This document shows, one piece after another, positions 52,319 to 60,984 of a stretch of DNA of 64,000 nucleotides (position 1 is the stretch's first letter; each line of letters starts with the position of its first letter). Below the pieces are notes generated by a model that worked only from the letters and a program-made list of their open reading frames with translations, was not told the origin of the DNA and did not search any database. The DNA comes from Candidatus Kaelpia aquatica (GTDB lineage: Bacteria; Omnitrophota; Gorgyraeia; Kaelpiales; Kaelpiaceae). The stretch spans positions 5,559-69,558 of the forward strand of contig JAVCCU010000009.1 in assembly GCA_030765335.1 (NCBI GenBank), in the 5' to 3' direction. Both the position numbers and the translations under genes were made by a program.

Positions 52319-52628
52319 TTTTAAAATCCTTATCCTTATGCCTATGCATTTTTATTCTATCTTCATACCTTAAGACCTGCTGTTTTAAAACATCAAACGA
52401 TTCATCAACAGCTAAATACATGTCTTCATTTTTTTCCTTAACCTTAAAGTGGGCCTTCTTGAGATCCATATTGACCTCGACAGCAGAGAGATGCTTTTCA
52501 ATCTCTAATACCACGTGGACATTTATTATATCATCAACATATTTATCTAAATAGTCGATCTTGCCCTCAATGTAAGACCTTAAAGCATCAGTTATATCAA
52601 AATGTCTACCTGTTATTGTTGTTTTCAA
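52302..52628 (-). CDS. hpf: Ribosome hibernation promoting factor (short HPF/RaiA)
   Basis: ITGRHFDITDALR.Y, DMYLAVD; follows lptB. Confidence 0.92.
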   Translation of the reverse strand: MKTTITGRHFDITDALRSYIEGKIDYLDKYVDDIINVHVVLEIEKHLSAVEVNMDLKKAHFKVKEKNEDMYLAVDESFDVLKQQVLRYEDRIKMHRHKDKDFKNEDKD

Positions 52629-52648
52629 ACTATACCCCCTTTAATTTT

Positions 52649-53365
52649 TTACATCTTAAACCTTTCTCCAAGGTAGACTTTTTTTGCTTTATCATCGTTA
52701 ATCAAATGATCTGCATCACCTGAAAGGAGAACACTGCCTTCAGAGACTATGTAAGCCCTGTCCGTTATCGCTAAAGTCTCTCTTACATTGTGGTCGGTCA
52801 GTAATATTCCAATACCTTTACTCTTAAGATCTAAAATTATATCCTGACATTCAGCAACAGCTATAGGATCTATTCCGCTAAAAGGTTCGTCTAAGAGCAA
52901 GAACAATGGATTTATAGCCAAGGCTCTTGTAATCTCTAGCCGCCTCCTTTCACCGCCAGATAAAGTATAGGCCTTGCTCTTAGCTAAATATGATATCCTT
53001 AACTCTTCTAACAACATCTCAAGTCTCAGCTTTCTCTCCTGCGGATGGATGCTTAAAGTCTCCAGCACCGCCATTATATTATCCTTAACACTTAAGTTTC
53101 CAAATATAGCCGGCTCCTGTGAAAGATAACCTATCCCTAAGCTTGCTCTTTTATGCATAGGCAGCTTTGTTATATCAACATCTTTAAAGTATACGCTCCC
53201 CTTATTAGGAGCAATTAAACCTACGATCATATAAAAAGTTGTGGTCTTACCAGCTCCGTTAGGACCTAGCAGCCCGACTATCTCAGAGCCGGCTACATCA
53301 AGTGAGATACCATTTACCACTCTTCTGTTCTTGTACTCTTTTATTAAACCTTTGACCTTTAGCAT
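52649..53365 (-). CDS. lptB: LPS export ABC transporter ATPase
   Basis: GPNGAGKTT, LSGGERRRLEI, LDEPF.G.DP, TDHNVRETL, YLG..F. Confidence 0.97.
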   Translation of the reverse strand: MLKVKGLIKEYKNRRVVNGISLDVAGSEIVGLLGPNGAGKTTTFYMIVGLIAPNKGSVYFKDVDITKLPMHKRASLGIGYLSQEPAIFGNLSVKDNIMAVLETLSIHPQERKLRLEMLLEELRISYLAKSKAYTLSGGERRRLEITRALAINPLFLLLDEPFSGIDPIAVAECQDIILDLKSKGIGILLTDHNVRETLAITDRAYIVSEGSVLLSGDADHLINDDKAKKVYLGERFKM

Positions 53366-53368
53366 GTT

Positions 53369-54127
53369 TTACTCAGGATATATCTCAAGCTTAGGGCGCC
53401 CAAGAAGATTAACCTTTCCCTCTTTTAAGTCATATATCGCCTCAGAAGAATAGGTTAGTGAATTGCCGCGTCTAAGTTTAACATTGCCTTTGGCATGAGC
53501 CCTGCTAATACCCTTCTCGTCTTTATTGAAATAGATGATCAGCTTATCGCAGAATAGCTCTCCTCTCCTATCTAAAACGTGAACGTTATCGCTGAAAACA
53601 GCTATATTTTCGGTGTAATCTATATCTAAAGGACCGTCAGATTTAATTATAATCTGAGGCACAGTTTTAAATTTAACATCTTTTTTAATAACCGCTTTAG
53701 TTAATTTTGTATCAACCTCACCGCCTTCACCTGATATCTCGCTATCGTTTTTCACTATTCTCAACCTATCTTCTGTCCAGATAACATCTCTATCCTGATC
53801 CCATCGTAATATATCTGTAAAAAGTGTATCTCCTTCTAAGTTTTTTACAACAACACTGCCTGTCAATACTACCTGCCTATTCACTTTATTCAAAAAACCT
53901 TTGTCTGCCCGCATATCTACGGGGCCGTTATCGCTATAAAGCCTTGCCTTAATCGACTCCAGAGCTACATCATCCTTGCTTAACTGTGCACTCTCTCCTT
54001 CCACTTCCCATTTTTTGTTATTCTGCTTGTCATAGCCTGCTAGAGTAAAATCATTTAAGCTCTCCTCTAACGCATAGGAGCTCCTAGTAAAAAATACCAA
54101 CAATAAGACTGCAGTTTTTATTAACAT
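53369..54127 (-). CDS. LptC-LptA-like fusion (two beta-jellyroll domains); start moved to ATG 54127
   Basis: LptC-like KWEV...ADKG...GSVVV...TD.L.W, then LptA/OstA-like AVFSDNV.V...CDKL...A.GNV...A.YD...L.G.P. Confidence 0.78.
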   Translation of the reverse strand: MLIKTAVLLLVFFTRSSYALEESLNDFTLAGYDKQNNKKWEVEGESAQLSKDDVALESIKARLYSDNGPVDMRADKGFLNKVNRQVVLTGSVVVKNLEGDTLFTDILRWDQDRDVIWTEDRLRIVKNDSEISGEGGEVDTKLTKAVIKKDVKFKTVPQIIIKSDGPLDIDYTENIAVFSDNVHVLDRRGELFCDKLIIYFNKDEKGISRAHAKGNVKLRRGNSLTYSSEAIYDLKEGKVNLLGRPKLEIYPE

Positions 54128-54140
54128 TTTAAACCCGCCT

Positions 54141-54169
54141 ATCCTAGCATGGCAACAGGGCCAAGTCAA
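54141..54169 (-). promoter_or_regulatory. Sigma70-type promoter of the lpt-hpf-tig-clpP unit
   Basis: TTGACT-17bp-TAGGAT (TG extended), 13 nt to ATG. Confidence 0.6.
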
Positions 54170-54212
54170 GCTGGAGATAGATATCCAACATTAAACAATA
54201 CAATAGAACCAA

Positions 54213-54443
54213 CTAATCCAATATCAGATTGGTAATTGTCTTAGTAATACCATTTATTGCACGCAGCTCTGTTACAACGAACCTCATCAGCTCTTCGTAA
54301 TTAGAAGCTTTGATCTGGGCTATAACATCCTGCTCGCCAGAGGTTAGGTCTACATCGACTACGTTTTCAAAAGACTTCATTTTTTGGATAACTTCTTTTT
54401 CTTCACCCGGCTCTACGTTAATTTTCAAATAAGCTCTGGCCAT
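54213..54443 (-). CDS. Stand-alone Lrp/AsnC ligand-binding (RAM) domain protein
   Basis: AY..INVEPG...SGEQDVIA...LR.I.GI.KT.T; no HTH. Confidence 0.88.
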   Translation of the reverse strand: MARAYLKINVEPGEEKEVIQKMKSFENVVDVDLTSGEQDVIAQIKASNYEELMRFVVTELRAINGITKTITNLILD

Positions 54444-54467
54444 CTCTCTCTCCTTTTTTAGTTCAAG

Positions 54468-54734
54468 CTAATCTCTTCTCAATTTAAAGACCCTGTCATG
54501 CAAACGAACCCGCTCTTTAACTCCTAGGCCTACAATCTGCCCCGGCAAGATCTCACTGACAATCTGATGTTCAACCTGCATAGAGTTCACATCCATCTCA
54601 AAATCGGTTGTATGACCTTTTATTTTAATCCTATCACCAGACTTCAAGCTTTTAGCTGTAATCTCTATAATAGCAGCAGAAGGTTTTGCATAAAAATTTG
54701 TAATGATACCTATCTCGATCCATTCTTCAGGCAT
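54468..54734 (-). CDS. EF-Tu domain II-like small protein (paralogue of 10060-10515)
   Basis: IG.ITNFY...GDRIKIKGHTTDF...SMQVEH...G..VG..V..RVR.HD.VF. Confidence 0.8.
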   Translation of the reverse strand: MPEEWIEIGIITNFYAKPSAAIIEITAKSLKSGDRIKIKGHTTDFEMDVNSMQVEHQIVSEILPGQIVGLGVKERVRLHDRVFKLRRD

Positions 54735-54761
54735 AAGCTCACCTCCTTAAAAGATACTTTT

Positions 54762-55859
54762 TCAAAGATAGCTAAGACCTTCACTAAGAGCAGAGGTTAT
54801 TAAAGCTTTATCTACTAGAGAAGATACTGCCACCAAACCTATGGAACTTGGCAATACAAATCTTAAGGTTCCAAATTTAGCTTTTTTATCATAAAGAATG
54901 CTACTCAAAATTTTTTCCTGCTCCATCTTTCTGTTCATCTTGGGCAAAGTCTTAAACTTCAAGATTAAATTTATTATTCTCTTTAAATCATTTTCTTTCA
55001 AAACCCCAAGCTTATTAGCAATCAAACTCTCAACAACGAGACCAAAAGATACCGCCTCCCCATGAGATACTCTCTTATACTCAGAGACTGTCTCTATAGC
55101 ATGGGCTATTGTATGGCCTAAGTTTAAGGCTATCCTTATATCCTCACTGTCATACTCGTCTCTTTCGACAAACGACGTCTTTATTCTGCTGCATCTTAAA
55201 ACTATCTCACCCCATAAGCCCAGCGAGAAAGAAGATGGGTCTTCATTGCTAGACTCTAATAATTCAAAGAGCTCTACATCTCCCAAGATTCCATATTTTA
55301 TAATCTCGGATAACCCATTGGAGAATTCTTTAAGAGGCAGGCTCTTTAAGAAATTCAAATCGGATACAACCAGTTTAGGCTGGTAGAAAGCTCCCAGCAG
55401 ATTCTTACCCCATTTTAAATCTATCGCAACTTTCCCGCCAATACTCGAATCGACTTGAGCAAGAAGAGTAGTCGGGATCTGGATGAAAGGCACGCCTCTC
55501 TTGTAAATAGCCGCTAAAAATCCTACCAGGTCACCAACAACTCCTCCTCCAAAAGCTATAAAGAGTACGCTCTCAGCCTTAGAAAACTCAACCGTTGATC
55601 TTAGAAGGTCAAAAAGAACCTGCCAAGACTTACTCTTCTCAGAGTCCGCAACTTCCAAGAAAAGGCTCTCTTTGAATACCTCTAAATAAGGCTCTAAGTA
55701 ACCCTTATAAAGAGAGTATATATTTCTATTGGATACCACAACTGCTAAGTGCTTCTCTAGGTTTAACCTTACAATTTCATCTTTCAGAGATGAGAGCGCT
55801 CCCTCTGAAATCAGAATATCATAAGACCTACCCTGTAAATCTAGGTTTATTCTCTCCAT
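54762..55859 (-). CDS. aroB: 3-dehydroquinate synthase
   Basis: GGGVVGDL, PTTLLAQVDSSIGGK, KNLLGAFYQP, LNLGHT, HGEAV. Confidence 0.98.
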   Translation of the reverse strand: MERINLDLQGRSYDILISEGALSSLKDEIVRLNLEKHLAVVVSNRNIYSLYKGYLEPYLEVFKESLFLEVADSEKSKSWQVLFDLLRSTVEFSKAESVLFIAFGGGVVGDLVGFLAAIYKRGVPFIQIPTTLLAQVDSSIGGKVAIDLKWGKNLLGAFYQPKLVVSDLNFLKSLPLKEFSNGLSEIIKYGILGDVELFELLESSNEDPSSFSLGLWGEIVLRCSRIKTSFVERDEYDSEDIRIALNLGHTIAHAIETVSEYKRVSHGEAVSFGLVVESLIANKLGVLKENDLKRIINLILKFKTLPKMNRKMEQEKILSSILYDKKAKFGTLRFVLPSSIGLVAVSSLVDKALITSALSEGLSYL

Positions 55860-55876
55860 TAAAAATATAGACCCGT

Positions 55877-56137
55877 TTAAGACTTTTCTTTAACAGAACC
55901 ATCTGCAGGATTATCAGTCTTGCCTTCTGCTGCCTGACCTGCACCCTCAAGTTCTTCTTTCTTAGGCTCTTTCTTAAGAGCCTTCAACCTCGTTCTTTTG
56001 TACTTAGGCAGCTTAAATACTTCTAACCCTTCTTCTCCGGACTTCTTTAAAAACATAGCTATCCTCTCAAACCTTTTGAGTACATTTCTATGCTGTAAAT
56101 CCGAATCTTTAATCTTTAAGCTTGGATGTCTTGACAT
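55877..56137 (-). CDS. PVC-superphylum small basic protein
   Basis: MSRHPSL...RNVLKRFERI...LPK matches the Chlamydiae/Verrucomicrobia/Planctomycetes signature protein. Confidence 0.88.
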   Translation of the reverse strand: MSRHPSLKIKDSDLQHRNVLKRFERIAMFLKKSGEEGLEVFKLPKYKRTRLKALKKEPKKEELEGAGQAAEGKTDNPADGSVKEKS

Positions 56138-56709
56138 TACCTACCTCCTTTTAATCCTTTCATAAAAGCATCTTTATATGTTTTCCTTAATTCTACCAAC
56201 ACATTCTGAGCTTTACCCTGCTCGCTGTAATCCCCAACAAAGACAATCTTATACTTACCCTGTTCACGAATGTAAGAAGGAAAGCCCATCTTCTTAAGCT
56301 TATCTCTCTCAGCCTCAGCATAGGACATATTTTTGTATGTTACAACCTGTAAAGCAAATATCAGACCCGACAACTCTCTCTTCTTGTCCAACCCATTATC
56401 TCTAGGCTCGAAAACAACAGGGCTGGAGTCAGTAGAATCATTTTCGACTGCCTCCTCTTTATCTTCCACCGTTATACTGGAAAGAAGAACATCGGCTTCT
56501 TCCTTTGCGCTACTAACTGTTATACCTTTTTTATAACCACCGACATAACTGCCGACCATCAAAAAAAGAAAAACTATAACAGCTGCGCATATCTTCTCTT
56601 CGTTTATTCGAATATGCCTCTCCGTTATCAGCTTTAACCTTTTTCTTTTTTTCCGCCTGACAACATTCTTATCAATATCGGAAAATAGATTCTCTTTATA
56701 ATTTTCCAT
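56137..56709 (-). CDS. SPOR-domain membrane protein
   Basis: Single TM; LQV.TY....A...L...G......VFVG.Y...A...L. Confidence 0.87.
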   Translation of the reverse strand: MENYKENLFSDIDKNVVRRKKRKRLKLITERHIRINEEKICAAVIVFLFLMVGSYVGGYKKGITVSSAKEEADVLLSSITVEDKEEAVENDSTDSSPVVFEPRDNGLDKKRELSGLIFALQVVTYKNMSYAEAERDKLKKMGFPSYIREQGKYKIVFVGDYSEQGKAQNVLVELRKTYKDAFMKGLKGGR

Positions 56710-56717
56710 AGACTAAA

Positions 56718-57440
56718 CTATTCGTGCTTAAAATCGAATTTAAAATCGACCCTTCCTAAGGCCTCATCATTTACATCAAAAGAAGTCTTTATATTAGACA
56801 TGATCAACTTTACATCTTCGGCTTTTGAGTTGGGCTTAAGAAAACAGAGGTAGCCATCATAGGTAACACCAGGATAGACATAGCCGCCGCTTAGCTCTAT
56901 AGATTTAAGCAGGGCAAATCTTTTCTTCAAACCCCTGCCGGCCAAACTCTTAGCCATATCCAAAGGGGCTCCATATACCCCAGAAGCTAAAGATGATGTC
57001 GATTTCGTAAAATTATACACTGAGCTCTTAGCTTCATAGACCTCTCTGATTCTCTCTGGGCTTATATAGAGATACTGAGTGCCAAGCTCATCCAGCAATA
57101 CAAAGTCATCGGGATTTATAAATATCCTGGATTCGGATTTATTTTCAATTCTTACTCTCACAACTATCATACCGTCCGGATATGGATTCTTTCCCGCGTA
57201 GGATCCATATATTTTTTTATCAAGAAATATATTTTTCAAGTTCTCCTCAGGCAGATACTCTACTGATATCCGTATACCATCCTCTTCCTGCTGCTGCTGA
57301 ACAGGAGTGAGACCATAAGCCGCCTTCTCAATCTCTTCTACAGGCTCAAGCCTACCTTTAGTCTTCTTCCCGTAGACATAGCCGCCGGCACAGCCTGATA
57401 TGGCTAAACATAAAAAAATAAGAATAAATCTTTTAATCAC
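56718..57440 (-). CDS. Hypothetical lipoprotein (start moved to GTG 57440)
   Basis: GGAG SD; MIKRFILIFLCLAISGC lipobox; Ig-like V.IEN....I.INP.DF.L.D pattern. Confidence 0.72.
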   Translation of the reverse strand: MIKRFILIFLCLAISGCAGGYVYGKKTKGRLEPVEEIEKAAYGLTPVQQQQEEDGIRISVEYLPEENLKNIFLDKKIYGSYAGKNPYPDGMIVVRVRIENKSESRIFINPDDFVLLDELGTQYLYISPERIREVYEAKSSVYNFTKSTSSLASGVYGAPLDMAKSLAGRGLKKRFALLKSIELSGGYVYPGVTYDGYLCFLKPNSKAEDVKLIMSNIKTSFDVNDEALGRVDFKFDFKHE

Positions 57441-57708
57441 GCCCCTCTCCCTCCATAAACTCTTTAACTGCTGCAATAATATGCTTATCTTGCGTATAAG
57501 AGTAGACTACCATAGCATAGCTCTTATCTTTGTTTAAAATATTCTTTTCCATAAGATATTCCAGCTGCTTAGCAATGAGGCTCTCTTCCTCGCCTATCCA
57601 TTTAGCAATACTCTCAGCTGTATCAATAGAGCCGGGGTTGTTGTAATAAAATTTTAGTACTTTTTTCAAGACTGAATCTCTATTGATTGTTTTAAAAAAT
57701 TTCTTCAT
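57433..57708 (-). CDS. Small winged-helix-like hypothetical protein
   Basis: FYYNNP..IDTAESIAKWIG...LEYL...IL pattern; overlaps the HD-GYP gene end. Confidence 0.65.
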   Translation of the reverse strand: MKKFFKTINRDSVLKKVLKFYYNNPGSIDTAESIAKWIGEEESLIAKQLEYLMEKNILNKDKSYAMVVYSYTQDKHIIAAVKEFMEGEGRD

Positions 57709-59222
57709 CTCTTTTTCTTGACCTCTTCCATCATACGCTGAGATATTCTTTTAATCTTTCCTTTATTAGCGCAAGCGATAAAAGCATCTACAACACCAGG
57801 GTCAAACTGCTTGCCTCTCTGTTTCAATATCTCATCCATAGCGGAGCTATAATTCTTAATCTTCTTATAAGGCCTGTGGCAGATCATTGCTTCAAAAGAA
57901 TCAGCAACAGCTAATATCCTTGCCCCAAGTGGAATCTTATTACCCTTTAGACCTTTGGGGTAGCCCTTTCCATCAAACCTTTCATGGTGATGCAGTATTA
58001 TAGGCACAGCAGGCTTCAAAGCCTTAACCTTCTTGATTATCTCAGCACCTTTAATTGGATGCTCCTGAACGGAACTATACTCTCTCTCCGTTAAAAGATC
58101 AGCCTTCTTAAGTATGTTCTCTGGAACAGCAATCTTTCCGGCATCCAAAAGCAAGGTTGCATATTTTATATACTCCCTCTCTTCTTGGGAAACTCCATAT
58201 TCATCAGCAATAGCAAGCACTAAATCAATGAAACTCTTTGGGTGAGTGTGGATCTCAGGCGACTTTGCCTCCAAAACATTTGATAGAGACTGTAAACTCT
58301 CTATTAAAATCTTATTTTGAGTCTCATATAGTCTAGCATTTTTAATAGCAACAACAGCCTGCTCTGATAAAACAGATAGAATCTCTTTATCATTTAAGTC
58401 AAACGGCCTTCCGTTCTGCTTCGACTTTAATCCAATTGCTCCGATAAGATCTTCTTCAATAAGAGGCACCCAGAGCGCATTCTTGCTAAGAACAATGGTT
58501 CCAGCCTCTAAAGCTTTACCAATCTTAGAATTAAAAAGATCTATCTTATGAGGTTTCTCTGAAGAATCAACGGAAGCAGCAGTCTTAGGCTTCAAATAGT
58601 TTCCGAATCTCAAATATATAGCACAGCTTTTAGCCCGTGTTACCTGAAGACACAACCTTGCAAGACGAGGTAAAAGTTCATCCATATTAAGAGTTGAAGA
58701 TATTAAGCGATGAACAGTGTGGACCGAAGAGAGAGCAATAGCACGAGGCCGCAGAGTACCATGAACCTTGATCAGCTCCAGCTCTTTTAAGGCTTTCTCT
58801 AGAGAGATGGCCAAATAATCCTCAATAAAATCAAGCACTTTCTTGGATAGCTTCCCATTCTCTATAATAAGACAAATATAACCATAATTAGCTCCCCCAT
58901 GAACAAGGGGGTAGACCCAGATACTCTCCTTAAACTTAGATTTCACCTCTTCAAAACAGCCGCTTCTAGATGCCTGCTGCATCTTGTCTTTTATTCTCTC
59001 TACGACTATTTTTTCAATCTTAGTTTTTAGACCATATCCTTTTACTATCTTTTTAAGCTTCTTTAGCAGCTCCTGAATCGGACTCTTCGACTCCGATCTG
59101 GAAAAAAGGATCAATGCTGCATTAGAATCTGAAAACTTATCCAGATGGAATTTAAGTCTTTCCAGGTCCCCTCCCTTATCTAGGGCCTCAATAACATTTT
59201 TCTCTAAAACTATCTCGCTCAT
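57705..59222 (-). CDS. GAF + HD-GYP domain protein with degenerate HD motif
   Basis: HHHERFDGKGYP and IPLGARILAVAD intact, but LLLDAGK replaces LLHDIGK. Confidence 0.9.
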   Translation of the reverse strand: MSEIVLEKNVIEALDKGGDLERLKFHLDKFSDSNAALILFSRSESKSPIQELLKKLKKIVKGYGLKTKIEKIVVERIKDKMQQASRSGCFEEVKSKFKESIWVYPLVHGGANYGYICLIIENGKLSKKVLDFIEDYLAISLEKALKELELIKVHGTLRPRAIALSSVHTVHRLISSTLNMDELLPRLARLCLQVTRAKSCAIYLRFGNYLKPKTAASVDSSEKPHKIDLFNSKIGKALEAGTIVLSKNALWVPLIEEDLIGAIGLKSKQNGRPFDLNDKEILSVLSEQAVVAIKNARLYETQNKILIESLQSLSNVLEAKSPEIHTHPKSFIDLVLAIADEYGVSQEEREYIKYATLLLDAGKIAVPENILKKADLLTEREYSSVQEHPIKGAEIIKKVKALKPAVPIILHHHERFDGKGYPKGLKGNKIPLGARILAVADSFEAMICHRPYKKIKNYSSAMDEILKQRGKQFDPGVVDAFIACANKGKIKRISQRMMEEVKKKR

Positions 59223-59230
59223 ATGCAGTT

Positions 59231-59259
59231 ATTCTACAACAAGAAGCGATCTTTTTCAA
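59231..59259 (-). promoter_or_regulatory. Sigma70-type promoter, leaderless-type
   Basis: TTGAAA-17bp-TAGAAT, 8 nt to ATG; no SD. Confidence 0.65.
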
Positions 59260-59325
59260 CAATGGATAAAGCATTTAGAGCACTAAAGAATGGGATATAT
59301 TTATTTAATAGCTGTATAGATTAAA

Positions 59326-60513
59326 TCAAACCATTTCCAGAGGATCAAACAGCTTGCGATATTCATCTGCAGCAAAACTATCGGTCATAGAGGCTATATA
59401 GTCGGATATGGTGCGCTTAAGCCCTTCTTTTTTTATCCTACGCTGAATATCGTCGGGCAACTGAGCAGGTTTTTTATAATAAACATTGAATAACTCTGTT
59501 AGAATCCTCCTGGCTTTATCAGACATCCTAACAACCCGATAATGGTGATATAGGTTCTGATAGAGGAAATCTCTTAATGGTTTTCTTCTCTTCTGCATAG
59601 TAATGCTAAAAGCTATAAGTCTTTTAGCTGCCCCTCTCACATCTTCTACAGAACGGATTGATTCTAGATTCCTAAATGAATTTTTAATTAAATCCTTAAC
59701 ATCCATATCTATCAGGGACCTGATCACCTGATGCTTTTTAAATCTTGTAGATATATTTGAGTAACGCTTCTTAACTCTCTTCTCCGCCTCTCTCCATAAC
59801 TCCAGCTTTTTCAAATCCGAAATAGCAATTAAACCTGAAGTTATCCCATCGTCTAAATCGTGACTATCATATGCAATTTCATCCGCAATATTTACAACTT
59901 GAGCTTCAAGTGTAGGCTGCTCCTGATTGCAAAACTCGCTTAGGTTTAACTTGTCATATTTTTTAAAGCTCTGAGGGTTTAAATTCTTATACCCGTTATC
60001 ATAGCGCGTGCTATGTTTTAGAAACCCCTCTCTGACCTCCCAAGTAAGATTTAACCCGTTAAAATCCGGATACCTTAACTCCAAATAATCCACTATCCTC
60101 AACCCCTGAAGATTATGATCAAAGCCCCCGACGTCAGCAACTAAGCAATTCAAAGTCTCTTCTCCTGAATGTCCAAAAGGAGTATGGCCAATATCGTGAC
60201 CTAAGGCGATCGCTTCGACAAGATCTGTATTTAATGATAGAACCCGGGCAACAGAACGTGCAATCTGAGCAACCTCAAGACTATGAGTCAGGCGAGTTCT
60301 ATAGTAATCGCCTTCATGTATCAAGAAAACCTGAGTTTTATACTCTAAACGCCTAAAAGCAGTAGAATGTATAACCCTATCTCTATCCCTCTGAAAACAA
60401 GTTCTATAATCATCTTCGGCTTCGCTATGTTTTCTACCCCTACTAAGCGAGCTTTTAAAAGCATAGGATGCTAATATTTTATTCTCTAAGTTTTGGTACT
60501 CTTTTCTATTCAT
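59326..60513 (-). CDS. dgt: dGTP triphosphohydrolase-like protein
   Basis: FQRDRDR, FRRL..KTQV, RTRLTHSLEV, HDIGHTPFGH.GE, ADEIAY..HD. Confidence 0.95.
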   Translation of the reverse strand: MNRKEYQNLENKILASYAFKSSLSRGRKHSEAEDDYRTCFQRDRDRVIHSTAFRRLEYKTQVFLIHEGDYYRTRLTHSLEVAQIARSVARVLSLNTDLVEAIALGHDIGHTPFGHSGEETLNCLVADVGGFDHNLQGLRIVDYLELRYPDFNGLNLTWEVREGFLKHSTRYDNGYKNLNPQSFKKYDKLNLSEFCNQEQPTLEAQVVNIADEIAYDSHDLDDGITSGLIAISDLKKLELWREAEKRVKKRYSNISTRFKKHQVIRSLIDMDVKDLIKNSFRNLESIRSVEDVRGAAKRLIAFSITMQKRRKPLRDFLYQNLYHHYRVVRMSDKARRILTELFNVYYKKPAQLPDDIQRRIKKEGLKRTISDYIASMTDSFAADEYRKLFDPLEMV

Positions 60514-60514
60514 C

Positions 60515-60982
60515 TCATTTTAGCAGCTGGTATAAATCGTTTAAAGATTGAGATAAAACGTTGGTATCGGATAGAATTGACATAAAGCTTGTATCTCCAA
60601 CCCAGCGAGGCACAATATGAAAATGGATATGATTTTTTATTCCAGCTCCTGCTGCTGCACCGATATTCAACCCGATATTAAAACCTTCAGGATTTAATCT
60701 TTCTTGCAGCCTCTCCTTAAAATCCTTGATCAACTTAAAAATCTCACTCAATTCAGAATCATCCAAATCGCTAAGATCTGAAACATGCCTACGAGGAGCA
60801 ATCATCAGATGGCCGTTGTTGTAGGGATATATATTAAGCAAGACAAAGGAGTGCTTACCTCTTGATAAAACATAATTAACTTCATCGTCCCTGCTCTTTA
60901 ATTTTTTGCAAAATATACAATCTTTATCCTTATCAGGATTTAAAATATATTCCATCCTCCATGGAGCCCAAATATTCTTCAT
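60515..60982 (-). CDS. HIT-family protein (Ap4A phosphorylase-like)
   Basis: WAPWR..YI, CIFC, NIYPYNNGH, HIHFHIVPRW. Confidence 0.93.
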   Translation of the reverse strand: MKNIWAPWRMEYILNPDKDKDCIFCKKLKSRDDEVNYVLSRGKHSFVLLNIYPYNNGHLMIAPRRHVSDLSDLDDSELSEIFKLIKDFKERLQERLNPEGFNIGLNIGAAAGAGIKNHIHFHIVPRWVGDTSFMSILSDTNVLSQSLNDLYQLLK

Positions 60983-60984
60983 AG

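Noticed and set aside
59326-60513. dGTPase as an anti-phage gene
   Set aside because: Standard housekeeping-type size and motifs in a core operon; no defence-island context.
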